Shown here: positions 53,715 to 64,000 of the stretch, piece by piece
Layout: the number at the start of each line of letters is the position of its first letter
Position numbering within the stretch: position 1 is the first letter of the stretch
Source: Octopus bimaculoides
Lineage: Eukaryota
DNA: 64,000 bases
NCBI RefSeq assembly: GCF_001194135.2
Contig: NC_068981.1
Span: 116,765,468 to 116,829,467 of the forward strand
Reading direction: 5' to 3'
Notes under the pieces: model-generated
What the model saw: the letters and a program-made list of their open reading frames with translations, nothing else
Databases searched by the model: none
What the model was told of the DNA's origin: nothing
Made by a program: the position numbers and the translations under genes

Positions 53715-53960
53715 TCTCTCTCTCTCCTCTGTCTCTTCCTCTGTCTCTCCTCTGTCTCTTCCTCTCACTCTCCTCTGTCTCTTCCTCTGTCTCTTCCTCT
53801 CTCTCTCCTCTGTCTCTTCCTCTCTCTCTCTCCTCTGTCTCTTCCTCTCTCTCTCCTCTATCTCTTCCTCTCACTCTCCTCTGTCTCTTCCTCTGTCTCT
53901 CCTCTGTCTCTTCCTCTGTCACTCCTCTCTCTCTCCTCTCTCTCTCCCTATCTCTCTTAT

Positions 53961-54005
<45 letters not shown>
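53715..54005. repeat. CT-rich minisatellite (ctctgtctcttc-type units) plus (CTAT)n
   Basis: Direct inspection; source of the spurious ORFs 53506-53922 and 53660-54034. Confidence 0.9.
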
Positions 54006-54007
<2 letters not shown>

Positions 54008-54192
54008 CCAGTATTGTTCCCCCAACCATATTGAGTTGGAAACTATTCAAAATATATAGTAAACGTGTAACGCATTCAGATATTTTAAGATATGCTTTTT
54101 TTATATCTTTTATTCCTTTTAACGAATTATTCAGTTACAAATGAAACAATAATTCTTAGCCTTTAACGCATATGGGATAAAACCTCTTTCAG

Positions 54193-54312
54193 ACAAGAAG
54201 ATGATAAAGTCACCATCGGGGGTCGGACCATATGTCCACGGTACAGCGAACTGCCACGGTGCTACCACACTAGCGGGATTTGCACATTCCTTCTGTGCCG
54301 CTATATGACGAG
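54193..54312 (+). CDS. Candidate 120-bp internal coding exon, unidentified
   Basis: Acceptor aacctctttcag, donor acgag|gtatta, symmetric phase 2, one open frame QEDDKVTIGGRTICPRYSELPRCYHTSGICTFLLCRYMT; no homology recognised. Confidence 0.25.
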
Positions 54313-54824
54313 GTATTATTGACACCAACACTTAGATTAAGAGAACACACACACACACACAAAACACACATATACACATACACACGCACGCACACACAAA
54401 CACACACACATACACGTGTATATATATATATAATTATATAGATATAATTATAATTAAGGGTACTGAGAAACAGCACCTACAAGCTAGAGATAAACGTCAA
54501 TTGACTAAAAACCACTTCAAATTACACTCCATTAGCACAACACTGAAAGCGAGCAAATAAATAAAAGAGATTTAGTAAAATTTTGAGCTTAATTCTCGAT
54601 CGTCCAATTTCTGGTTTAGTAATAGAAATTATTTTACCGCCATCAACAGAAAATACCAGAAGTACATAAATATAAATACATATATATACATACCCATACA
54701 AATACATTCGTATATATACAAATACATACATATATCCACACGTATATATGAGGTAAATCCGATTATTCATCTCAGTCACGTGCGTATTTGATCAAGATAA
54801 TACGCACGTGGTTGAGATATATAT

Positions 54825-55140
54825 CTTTTATTTGACTCAGTCATTAGACTGCGGCCTTGCCGGAGCACCGCCTTGAAAAATGTATACTCGAATGAATCGA
54901 CACTAGAACTTGTTTTATATAATTTAAAGCCTGATACTTAGTTTGTCAAGTGGTGGTGTGGGACAAACACCGACAGGAAGACATTAACACATAGATATAT
55001 ACATTTAAGATGGGCTTCTTTCAGTTTCCACTCACTGATCTTTGGTCGGCCCGATGCTATAGTATAAGATAGTTACCCAAAGCGGGTGCCACGTAGTGGG
55101 ACTGAACCCAGAGCTATATGGTTGGGAAATATTCCTCTTA
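54825..55140 (-). mobile_element. SINE family A, near full length with internal deletions
   Basis: gtcattagactgcggccttgccggagcaccgcc tail; ggtgccacgtagtgggactgaacccagagctatatggttggg head reverse complement. Confidence 0.85.
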
Positions 55141-55156
55141 CACATCTGTACTATCA

Positions 55157-55201
<45 letters not shown>

Positions 55202-55588
55202 NNNNNNNNNNNNNNNNNNNNNNNNNNNNNNNNNNNNNNNNNNNNNNNNNNNNNNNNNNNNNNNNNNNNNNNNNNNNNNNNNNNNNNNNNNNNNNNNNNN
55301 NNNNNNNNNNNNNNNNNNNNNNNNNNNNNNNNNNNNNNNNNNNNNNNNNNNNNNNNNNNNNNNNNNNNNNNNNNNNNNNNNNNNNNNNNNNNNNNNNNNN
55401 NNNNNNNNNNNNNNNNNNNNNNNNNNNNNNNNNNNNNNNNNNNNNNNNNNNNNNNNNNNNNNNNNNNNNNNNNNNNNNNNNNNNNNNNTGTATATATAAA
55501 TATATATATTTCATTGTATATATATATGTAGATAGTTAGATAAGTAGATAGGTAGATAGATAGATAGATAGATACATACATACATACA

Positions 55589-55620
<32 letters not shown>

Positions 55621-55689
55621 CATCTATTTGCATATGTATGTATGTGTATCTTTCTTTCTCGTTCACTGTTTCTCATTCTCTCACTCTCA

Positions 55690-55722
<33 letters not shown>

Positions 55723-56039
55723 ACTAGTACTCTCCATCTAATCTATCATTGTATTTATGTATCAATCTCTATATATATATATACACACACAGAGACACGC
55801 ACACACACACACATACAAGCATACAAGCTTGTATGTATGTATGTATGTATGTATGTACGTATGCATGGAAACATTTATGGAAGCATGCGTCGAAGGGAAG
55901 AAAATTCTCATTTGAAAAGTTATAAGAAATTCGGAGCCAGACAAGTGGCGATTACGATAATATCGATGATTATGATGATGACACTGGTGTTTGTTATTAT
56001 TATCAAAATTATGTGTATTATTATCATTATTATTGTTGT

Positions 56040-56682
56040 TGTTGTTGTCCTCCTCCTCCTCCTCCTCCTCTTCTTCTTCTTCTTCTTCTTTTTCTTCTTC
56101 TTCTTCTTCTTCTTCTTCTTCTTCTTCTTCTTCTTCTTCTTCTTCTTCTCCTCCTCCTCCTCCTCNNNNNNNNNNNNNNNNNNNNNNNNNNNNNNNNNNN
56201 NNNNNNNNNNNNNNNNTCTTCTTCTTCTTCTTCTTCTTCTTCTTCTTCTTCTTCTTCTTCTTCTTCTTGAGTTGATTATGTTAAAACTACTGCATAGTTA
56301 TCCCCTGCTACATATATCTGCATTATTCCAATTAACTTTACCTAATATATATACGCATGTCTTCCCCCTCTCCCCGTCATCTTGCCACTGAGAAACTATA
56401 TGCAGAATAGAAACCCGTCTATTATTGTCTAACACACAGTCGGCTAATGGGGTTCAGATTGGTTGATTGGCTTGCTTAAATGATATCCTGACATTATCTC
56501 GTCGTCAAATGAATAATGCCATTATTTCCGTCCCAGGGTCTTCGTCGTCGTCGTTGTATTCTATCTTCGTGCTCTTACCGCCATCACTGTCCTCCCCCTC
56601 CTCCTCTGGCCTATCATCATCGTCGTTGTCGTTGTCTTCGTCGTCATTAACACAACTACCAACAACAACAACAGTGTCGTCG

Positions 56683-56718
<36 letters not shown>

Positions 56719-56846
56719 CCACCACCACCATTATCATCATCATTATCATCACCACCACCACCACCACCACCACCATTATCACCACCATTATCATCATCAT
56801 CATCACCACCACCATCACCATCACCATAAGCACCTTCACCACCACC

Positions 56847-56880
<34 letters not shown>

Positions 56881-57870
56881 CCACCACCATCATTATCATC
56901 ATCATTATCATCACCACCACCACCACCACCACACCATTATCACCACCACCACCACCATCATTATCATCATCATTATCACCACCACCATCATTATCATCAT
57001 CATCATCATCACCACCACCATCACCATCACCATAAGCACCACCACCACCACCACCACCACCACCAACAACAGCAACAGCAGGGTTGGCAGCAAGGTATCG
57101 TTGTCATCATCATAGTCATCTGTTGTTATAATAATTGGTGAACATTTTCAAGATTTTCGCACTGATAATGATGATGTCTCTGATTATAGTGATGTGTTAT
57201 AATTTTATTCACATCTATGATGATGATGATGACAATGATGGTGACGGCGATGATGATGATGACGATGACGATGATGATGACTGTGATGATGATGGTGACG
57301 TTGACTATGATGACGATGACGCCGACAACGATGATTTTGAAGAAATGAAGGCGGTGTCGCAAGAACCATTATAACAACGATGGTGATAATGAAGATAATG
57401 ATGATAATGGTCCAGCCTACCATCAAGACATCCTCATCCTCATCCTCATCATCATCCTCATCCTCATCATCATCGCCAGCATCAACTAATGTCTATTACA
57501 GACGTCACCGCCACTTGGTTAATCGTCATCAAAACGATGGAATATAAGCATTCATTGAAATAACAAGACCATCGACGGCAGTTAGAACAGCTTGTTAAGA
57601 GATACCAATTAAGTTCCAATATTGGGGCAACTGCACACCCCACTTCACTATTATCAACAATAATGATTCGAAGACTTACTATTATGATTTCCTCCACGCA
57701 ACATATCTATGGCCATATTTGTGTTGTCTTGGTTTGTTCTTCCTGAAGTCAGTGTGGCGGCTGCTGAAAGTGGGAAGGATTCTGATATTCGCAATTATAA
57801 TGCGAGTGATAACATCCTAATGAAGATGATGATGGTGGTAGTAGTGTTGCTGTTGTTGTTGTTGTTGATA

Positions 57871-57908
<38 letters not shown>

Positions 57909-57970
57909 AGTGATGGTGGTGGTGGTGGTGGTGGTGATGAATACGTCGACGACGACGACGACGATGATGA
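56040..57970. repeat. Large compound trinucleotide region (CCT/CTT, CAT/CAC, GAT/GGT blocks)
   Basis: Direct inspection; produces the homopolymer ORFs in the track. Confidence 0.9.
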
Positions 57971-58344
57971 TTTCGGACTAATTTGATTTTGTTTATGCTT
58001 TTAGTATCAATGTCAGCAATTTTGTTGTGCAAAAAATATATACTATTATTTTCCCAATTTGACAGATATAGAAAAAGTAACGCCACGTAGAAAGTCCAAG
58101 ACTAGAGTTGTCTTTGGTGTTTTTATTCTCATTGCTTTCGTCGTAATGATTGTCACTGTTTCATAACCAACAATTTTACACATATACGTACATACATACA
58201 TAAAATCAAAAAAGGATAAAATCTTTTACAAGAATGTTATCAGGAAGCTAGTGTGCAAAACAATTCGTAAGGGAAATTTCTATTCCCAAGAATATACTTA
58301 TTCGTTTATATACATACATACATACATACATGCATACATACATC

Positions 58345-58500
58345 TTTTATCTTTTATTTGTTTCAGTCATTGGACAGAGGCCATGCTGGGGCACCGTACT
58401 GAAATATTTTAGTCGACTGAATCGACCCAGGTACATATCTTATACACTTGGAAATTATTCCACTTGTCTTTTATGCTGCACTGCTAAGTTATGGGGACTT
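58345..58500 (-). mobile_element. SINE family A 3' part
   Basis: tttgtttcagtcattggacagaggccatgctggggcaccg...gctaagttatgggga. Confidence 0.75.
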
Positions 58501-58624
58501 ATGTATGTATGTATATATGTATGTATGTATGTAGGTATGTAGGTATGTATGTGTGTATGTATGTATGTATGTATGTATGTACGTGTGTAAAATGGTTGGT
58601 TATGAAACAAAAAACATTTACGAA

Positions 58625-60260
58625 GTACACTATCAAACACACAACAAGCTACTAACAGATAACATAACTAAAACATACAAGAAAACAAACCCCCACCACT
58701 TATAATTCAATTGATGTAGATGAAAAAAAAAAATCTAGCCACAACGTTTAAAATAGAAGACAAAGTAGAAAAGCTTATCCCACAAAATCCTTTTATAACT
58801 CTGAAATACCATAAAATCAATTTCACGCAAATTTCTTGCTGTAGATTATAATAAAACCCACAAAACGTGAAATAGTAATTATTAGTAAATCTATATTAGA
58901 TAATGTTATACGACATATCAGTGCGCACTCAAATCTTACCCAATGGATATGAAGTAGCGCAACTATTGAATGGTTTAAGAAGATACAAAATAAACCCAAA
59001 TGCAAATTTATACAATTCGATATCGTAAAGTTCTATCCGTCGATCTCGAAAAGCTTGCTTCAGAGGGCACTTGAATTTAGCAAAACATATGTCACTATGA
59101 CAAATACCGATTTACACATAATTACGAGCGCAAGGAAGTCATTACAGTTTCATGATAATTTCTAATGGGTAATAAAGAGAGGAGACTAGTTATTTGACGT
59201 GGCAATGAGGAGCTATGGAGAGCAGAGATAGCTGAAATTGTAAGCCTTTAAATCATAGATGCCCTTAAAAAAGAACTAAAAGAAGGTTTACATGGGGACG
59301 ATGGCCTGGGGTTAGTACACAATAAAAACGGACATGATATGGATAGAATAAGGAAACAAATATGCAAAATATTTAGCCAATTAGGCCTAAGAACCACAGT
59401 TAGTACAAACAAACCTTAAAGAAGTTAACTGCCTAGACATTAACATTTAAACCTTACCACAAGCAAAACTAGGAAACCTCGTATATAGACATAGGTTCTA
59501 AACACCCACCTGCGGTAATTAAATATATGATTAACAACATTAGCAGGAGTATCTCCAATTTATCCATCGACAAAGACACTTTCGAAAAAGCCACCTCATA
59601 TTATAATGCTGCATTAGAAATGTCCAACTTCAGGAATAGCATACACTACATTGAACCAAATATAAGTAGACAAAGAAGACGCAGACAGGGCAAAATCTTA
59701 TGGTTCAACCCACTTTATAACATGAATGTAGCTACTAACATAGCTAGGAAATTCTTAAAACTTATAGACAACCACTTTCCACTTTCACATAAATATGACA
59801 ACAGAAATACTGTTAAAGTTAGCTATAACTGGCTCCCCAATATAGGGTCGATAATATTCAATCACAATAAACATAAACACACCAGAAACACCCCAGGAAG
59901 ACAATGCAACTTCAGATCCTTAAACCGCTGCCCTCTAAACACACAATTGTCTTGAGAAAGAACTCGTATACAAAGCCAAGATCACGGACCCCAACTGAAG
60001 AGCAAAGACGTAAATCGGAATGACGGACAACTGGTTCAAGGGAAGGTATACACAACTTCTTGCAAAAACAAAATGTGATTCGACATCCCCATCAAATAAA
60101 AGGAAGGTGGAATAAGCAACACCCAGAAAGAATGGAAAATTATTGCTAAAGCTAAAAAATACAGAGGACGGGGTACTAAATGTGAACTTTGTATTACTGA
60201 AAAATTAAACATTATACAATCAACAGATAACATCTTTCATCATAACATCAACAGATAACA
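58625..60260 (+). mobile_element. Penelope-like retroelement (RT plus C-terminal GIY-YIG, Naiad-type), decayed
   Basis: KLLTDNITKTYKK, FITLKYHK, FIQFDIVKFYPSI, FDVAM..AEIAEIV, LHGDDGL, HPPAVIK, ILWFNPLYNMNVATNIARKFLKLIDNHFP, NRNTVKVSY, CNxR..CPL..CL..LVYKAKI..KT*IGMT, WKIIAKAKKY..KCELCITEKLNI. Confidence 0.9.
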
Positions 60261-60289
60261 TCTTTCATCATAACATCAACAGATAACAT
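60221..60289. repeat. 28-bp tandem repeat x2.5 (caacagataacatctttcatcataacat)
   Basis: Units at 60221, 60249 and 60277 (partial). Confidence 0.95.
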
Positions 60290-60801
60290 ACACTCAACAG
60301 ACAACATTAGTAATGCATACACAAGCAATATCTTATACTCGAATATTTCAAAGAAGAGCCCCTATAAATGAGGATAAACCTACCAGGATAGCCCCTTTCC
60401 TAAACGAGAACACACATAGTATACAAACTTCACACAAAGAAGAAATATGCCCCAATGGTGAATTTCTTCAAACTACAAGTACCTGAATACCATTTACAGA
60501 ACAAAAGCAAATAACGCAAATAAATTAATCACACAAAAATTTACCCAAAATACAAATCCAAGGGAGACATTCATCTAAAAGATTCATTGATTCATTTTCT
60601 TATTTACGAGAATTTACGAGAAATGCCGTGAACGAAGCGAGACTGTTATCCAAAATGGAAGCGAACACCTTTCTCCATGTGTTAAGATACTAGGATATTT
60701 TCTTTACATGAAACCAATAGTAACCTTAATTCACAAATAAAGAAATTATATATCCACCAATGCGGTGTTGAGAACTCATTTCATCGTTCGACGTTTACGT
60801 G

Positions 60802-60862
<61 letters not shown>

Positions 60863-61696
60863 ATATACACACACACACACATTTGTGTATGTATATATGT
60901 ATGTATGTTCTTTTCTTTCTCTTATTAATTTAAAGAAGCCTTACATATCGTTATAGTTTCCGATATCGTGATCATTTATGTAGTACGAAGCAGCACTAGA
61001 CTTAAGCACACATTAAGCAGAGGCAAATGTAAGACTCAACATACAAAAGAAAAGGACAGCAGCGGCTGAAAACTTTCGATTCTATGTATTTTTGGTCAAA
61101 GCTGACTAATGGCTAAAGGACAGTGGCATCAATAACAACACCACTAATCTTACATTGCCAAATCCACCTCTATCAACAGCAAAAGAGATTAAACCATCTC
61201 ACTACAACCAACTAGCACCATTAGAGTAACAACATTAACATGAGCATTACCAACAGTATCCCTACCAACACTAACATCACCAACATCAACAACAATAACA
61301 ACACCAACAAAACATCACAACTTCCAACGCCTCCGCCCAATACCATACCGATATTATAAGCACTACCACCACCTCCACCAAATTACAACTTTCCACAGCA
61401 ATATTACAATCGCCATCACCAGCTTCAACACTCAATAATAACAACGATTATCCTTTAAAAACCATTCCTATCACCATCATTGTTAATACCATCATTCTAT
61501 GTCATTATCACCACCACCAGTCCTACGACAACCATCAATACAAACACCTCCACTAGCGAAGTGGTGACTCCTGTTAGACATTCAGGTACAGCAGAAATTA
61601 AGCTTTCAGTACAATATACTGCATTTCCAAAAAAAAAAAGAAAGAAAGAAAGAAAGAAAGAAAAGGAAATAAAGAAGATCAAAAGACCATTCCAAG

Positions 61697-61927
61697 CCGT
61701 AGGCTCATAAGTCTGCTTTCCCGGATTCTGTAACTTATATATTCCTCCACAGGATGGGGAGCTGGTCTGTTGCTGTATTGCTCGTTTTTGCCAGCTAAAT
61801 GGGCTGGGACAACGTGAAATGAAGTGTTTTGCCAGGAACATAATGTCTTGCCTGGTATAAAGATCGAAATCACAATCTTACGATCATGAATGCAAAAATC
61901 CCTGACCATTAAGTCACGTCCTTCCAC
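61697..61927 (-). mobile_element. tRNA-derived SINE (family D, tail type 2)
   Basis: Minus tgtggaaggacgtgacttaatggtcaggg head, ttcctggcaaaacacttcatttcacgttgtcccagcccatttagctg central block, tail ccgggaaagcagacttatgagcc. Confidence 0.65.
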
Positions 61928-62084
61928 ATACGCCATTTCACTTCAGAGCATTGACCTGAGTTCAAACCTGATTATAATAACCGTTTCCACAAATCATTGA
62001 GAATCGACAAAAAATACGCCATTTTTGTGCAGTACAGCTTTAGAGAGAACGATGTTTCTCCAACATCTGACATCTCCAGTTTAC

Positions 62085-62089
62085 CATCG

Positions 62090-62151
<62 letters not shown>

Positions 62152-62206
62152 TTCATCATCAATACTTTAACGAACAGCGCCATAACCATCACCACCGCCG
62201 TCGTCG

Positions 62207-62238
<32 letters not shown>

Positions 62239-62460
62239 TTCATCATCATCATCATCATCATCTTCACCAGCCCCATCATCATCATCTCTATCAGGAACAT
62301 CATGACTATCGTCGTCATCGTCATCACTACCATCTTAATCATCTTCAGAATAATCATGAACAACAACGCCACCACCACCTCCAATAACAACAACAACAAC
62401 AACACCAGTGTCATCCTTAGTGTCTGCATTACCGTCGTCGTAGTATTGTCACCGTCGTTA
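62085..62460. repeat. (CAT)n-rich compound microsatellite
   Basis: Direct inspection. Confidence 0.9.
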
Positions 62461-63079
62461 TTTTTCTACAATGACTCAAATCATTATTGGTAAGAGCAAG
62501 GCGATGTGAAGGAGGCTGCAAGTTCGTATGAGAAGGAACATATCATTAGAGGTGACATATTGCACACAAAATCCCATATACATGGGAAGGTAGGAATACT
62601 CGAAGATACACGCGTTACTATATATACAACTACACTCACACAAAAAAACACGTGTACACCCCCATTCACGAGTACGTATACATGCACGTTATCGCAATCT
62701 GCTCACGTTCTCATATACACGAGAATGTACACACGCACACATGCAGAACTACTCTCATACGCGCACGCACGCTCAGTGTTTACACATATACGCACACACA
62801 CACGCATGCAATTACACACACACACGTATATACGCAGGCACACGCAATTACACACACGCGCGCAATTGCGTATACATAAAGCTACATATACGCACGGGCA
62901 CACACACACATTCATATACAAGCACACACACACGTATAACGTACACACACACACGCGCATAAAAATATACACTTTTTGAAGCAAACACTCAAACGTATGG
63001 TTCCAAGAAATATATGTACACACAATTATCTGTAGAGTATTATCAATAGAGAGAGAGAGAAAGAGAGAGAGAGAGAAAG

Positions 63080-63110
<31 letters not shown>

Positions 63111-63674
63111 GAAAGAGAGAGAAAGGGAGGCAGAGTGGCATGCGCCGCCACGTACTCACGCTGCCACAAACATACATGCATACACACGAAGAGACAGTGG
63201 AACATGTCATGTAGAGTGAGGGTACCTGGTCGCCACTCGATTGTCATGTTTTTAAATAGGGTCAAGGAGTAACAGGGTCGTGACACAGGTCATGAGCGTC
63301 GGTTTGAATGAAAGGGGTGGAGCGCGTCAATATGTTTAATGAGGGTTACAGTCTACGAGGAAGTGAAGAGAGGCGGGAAGACGAGAGGCAAAGTAATAAA
63401 TAGAGTGGAGGAGTGGGAGGAAGAGAAGGAGGAGGGGGAGGAAGAGGCGGGAGAAAGAGAGAGGGGAAACAGGGTTTGAGTGAATTAGCTAACGAATGAT
63501 AAGAGGAAGGGGGTGGTGAGTTATGGGGAATTATATATAGGAGCATAATGTGAGAAAATATAATGTGAAAGGGAAAACAAAGCGGAAAAGTAGATAGAAC
63601 ATGCTACACACATTCACATACACACGTGCTTACATACATGCATACATGCATACATACAGACAGACATATATACA

Positions 63675-63708
<34 letters not shown>

Positions 63709-63796
63709 CATTCATTCATACATACATACATACATATATGTATACATACATACGTACGGAAATTTGTAAACATGTCTGTATGCATATATATATATT

Positions 63797-63880
63797 ACTT
63801 CTTTCGGTCATTTCATTCACTGCGCCCATGCTGGGGTACGGCCTTGAATGGTATTAATCGAACAAATCGACTTCAGAACT
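63797..63880 (-). mobile_element. SINE family A 3' tip
   Basis: tttcggtcatttcattcactgcgcccatgctggggtacggccttgaatgg..tcgaacaaatcgac. Confidence 0.7.
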
Positions 63881-64000
63881 AAAACAGGCGCAGACACACA
63901 CACACACACAACCACAAGCACACACACACATTACTAGATTCATAATATATACACATACATACATTACTCGATTCATAATATATACACACACACATTACTC

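Noticed and set aside
58880-60010. In-frame TGA codons in the PLE as selenocysteine
   Set aside because: The TGAs I checked (QWI*SS, DPN*RAK) are not at Cys positions, TAA stops and frameshifts also occur, and no SECIS is evident

Overview
This is AT-rich, repeat-saturated eukaryotic DNA from a gapped draft assembly. It has 11 N-gaps (320-964, 4988-5572, 14136-14561, 16126-16451, 24390-25293, 34782-35045, 40314-41049, 48507-48936, 50787-50957, 55202-55488, 56166-56216), most of them flanked by microsatellites. The SINE set, microsatellite load and LINE families point to a coleoid cephalopod, most likely Octopus. That is inferred from recognised repeat types, not from a database search. I could not identify any intact host gene. 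Most entries in the ORF track are microsatellite or gap artefacts, and the protein-like ones are decayed transposon ORFs. The elements I can support are four SINE or SINE-like families, an ORF-less (AAT)n-flanked element, two RTE LINEs, two Tx1/L1-type LINE 3' ends, two R4/Dong-type LINE pieces, Penelope-like elements (one long RT+GIY-YIG copy), five Tc1/mariner relics plus a palindromic mariner derivative, a TIR/8-bp-TSD MITE carrying (CCCTAA)n, and a foldback repeat family. The most interesting structural signals are three. First, (AAT)n tracts act as shared landing pads for at least four unrelated retroelement types. Second, several independent palindromic or foldback transposon derivatives could form long dsRNA. 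Third, there are a few weak candidate exons and a CpG-rich patch. None of this is shown to be a new biological system; the findings are hypotheses with stated tests. Boundaries are approximate unless a TSD or TIR is quoted.
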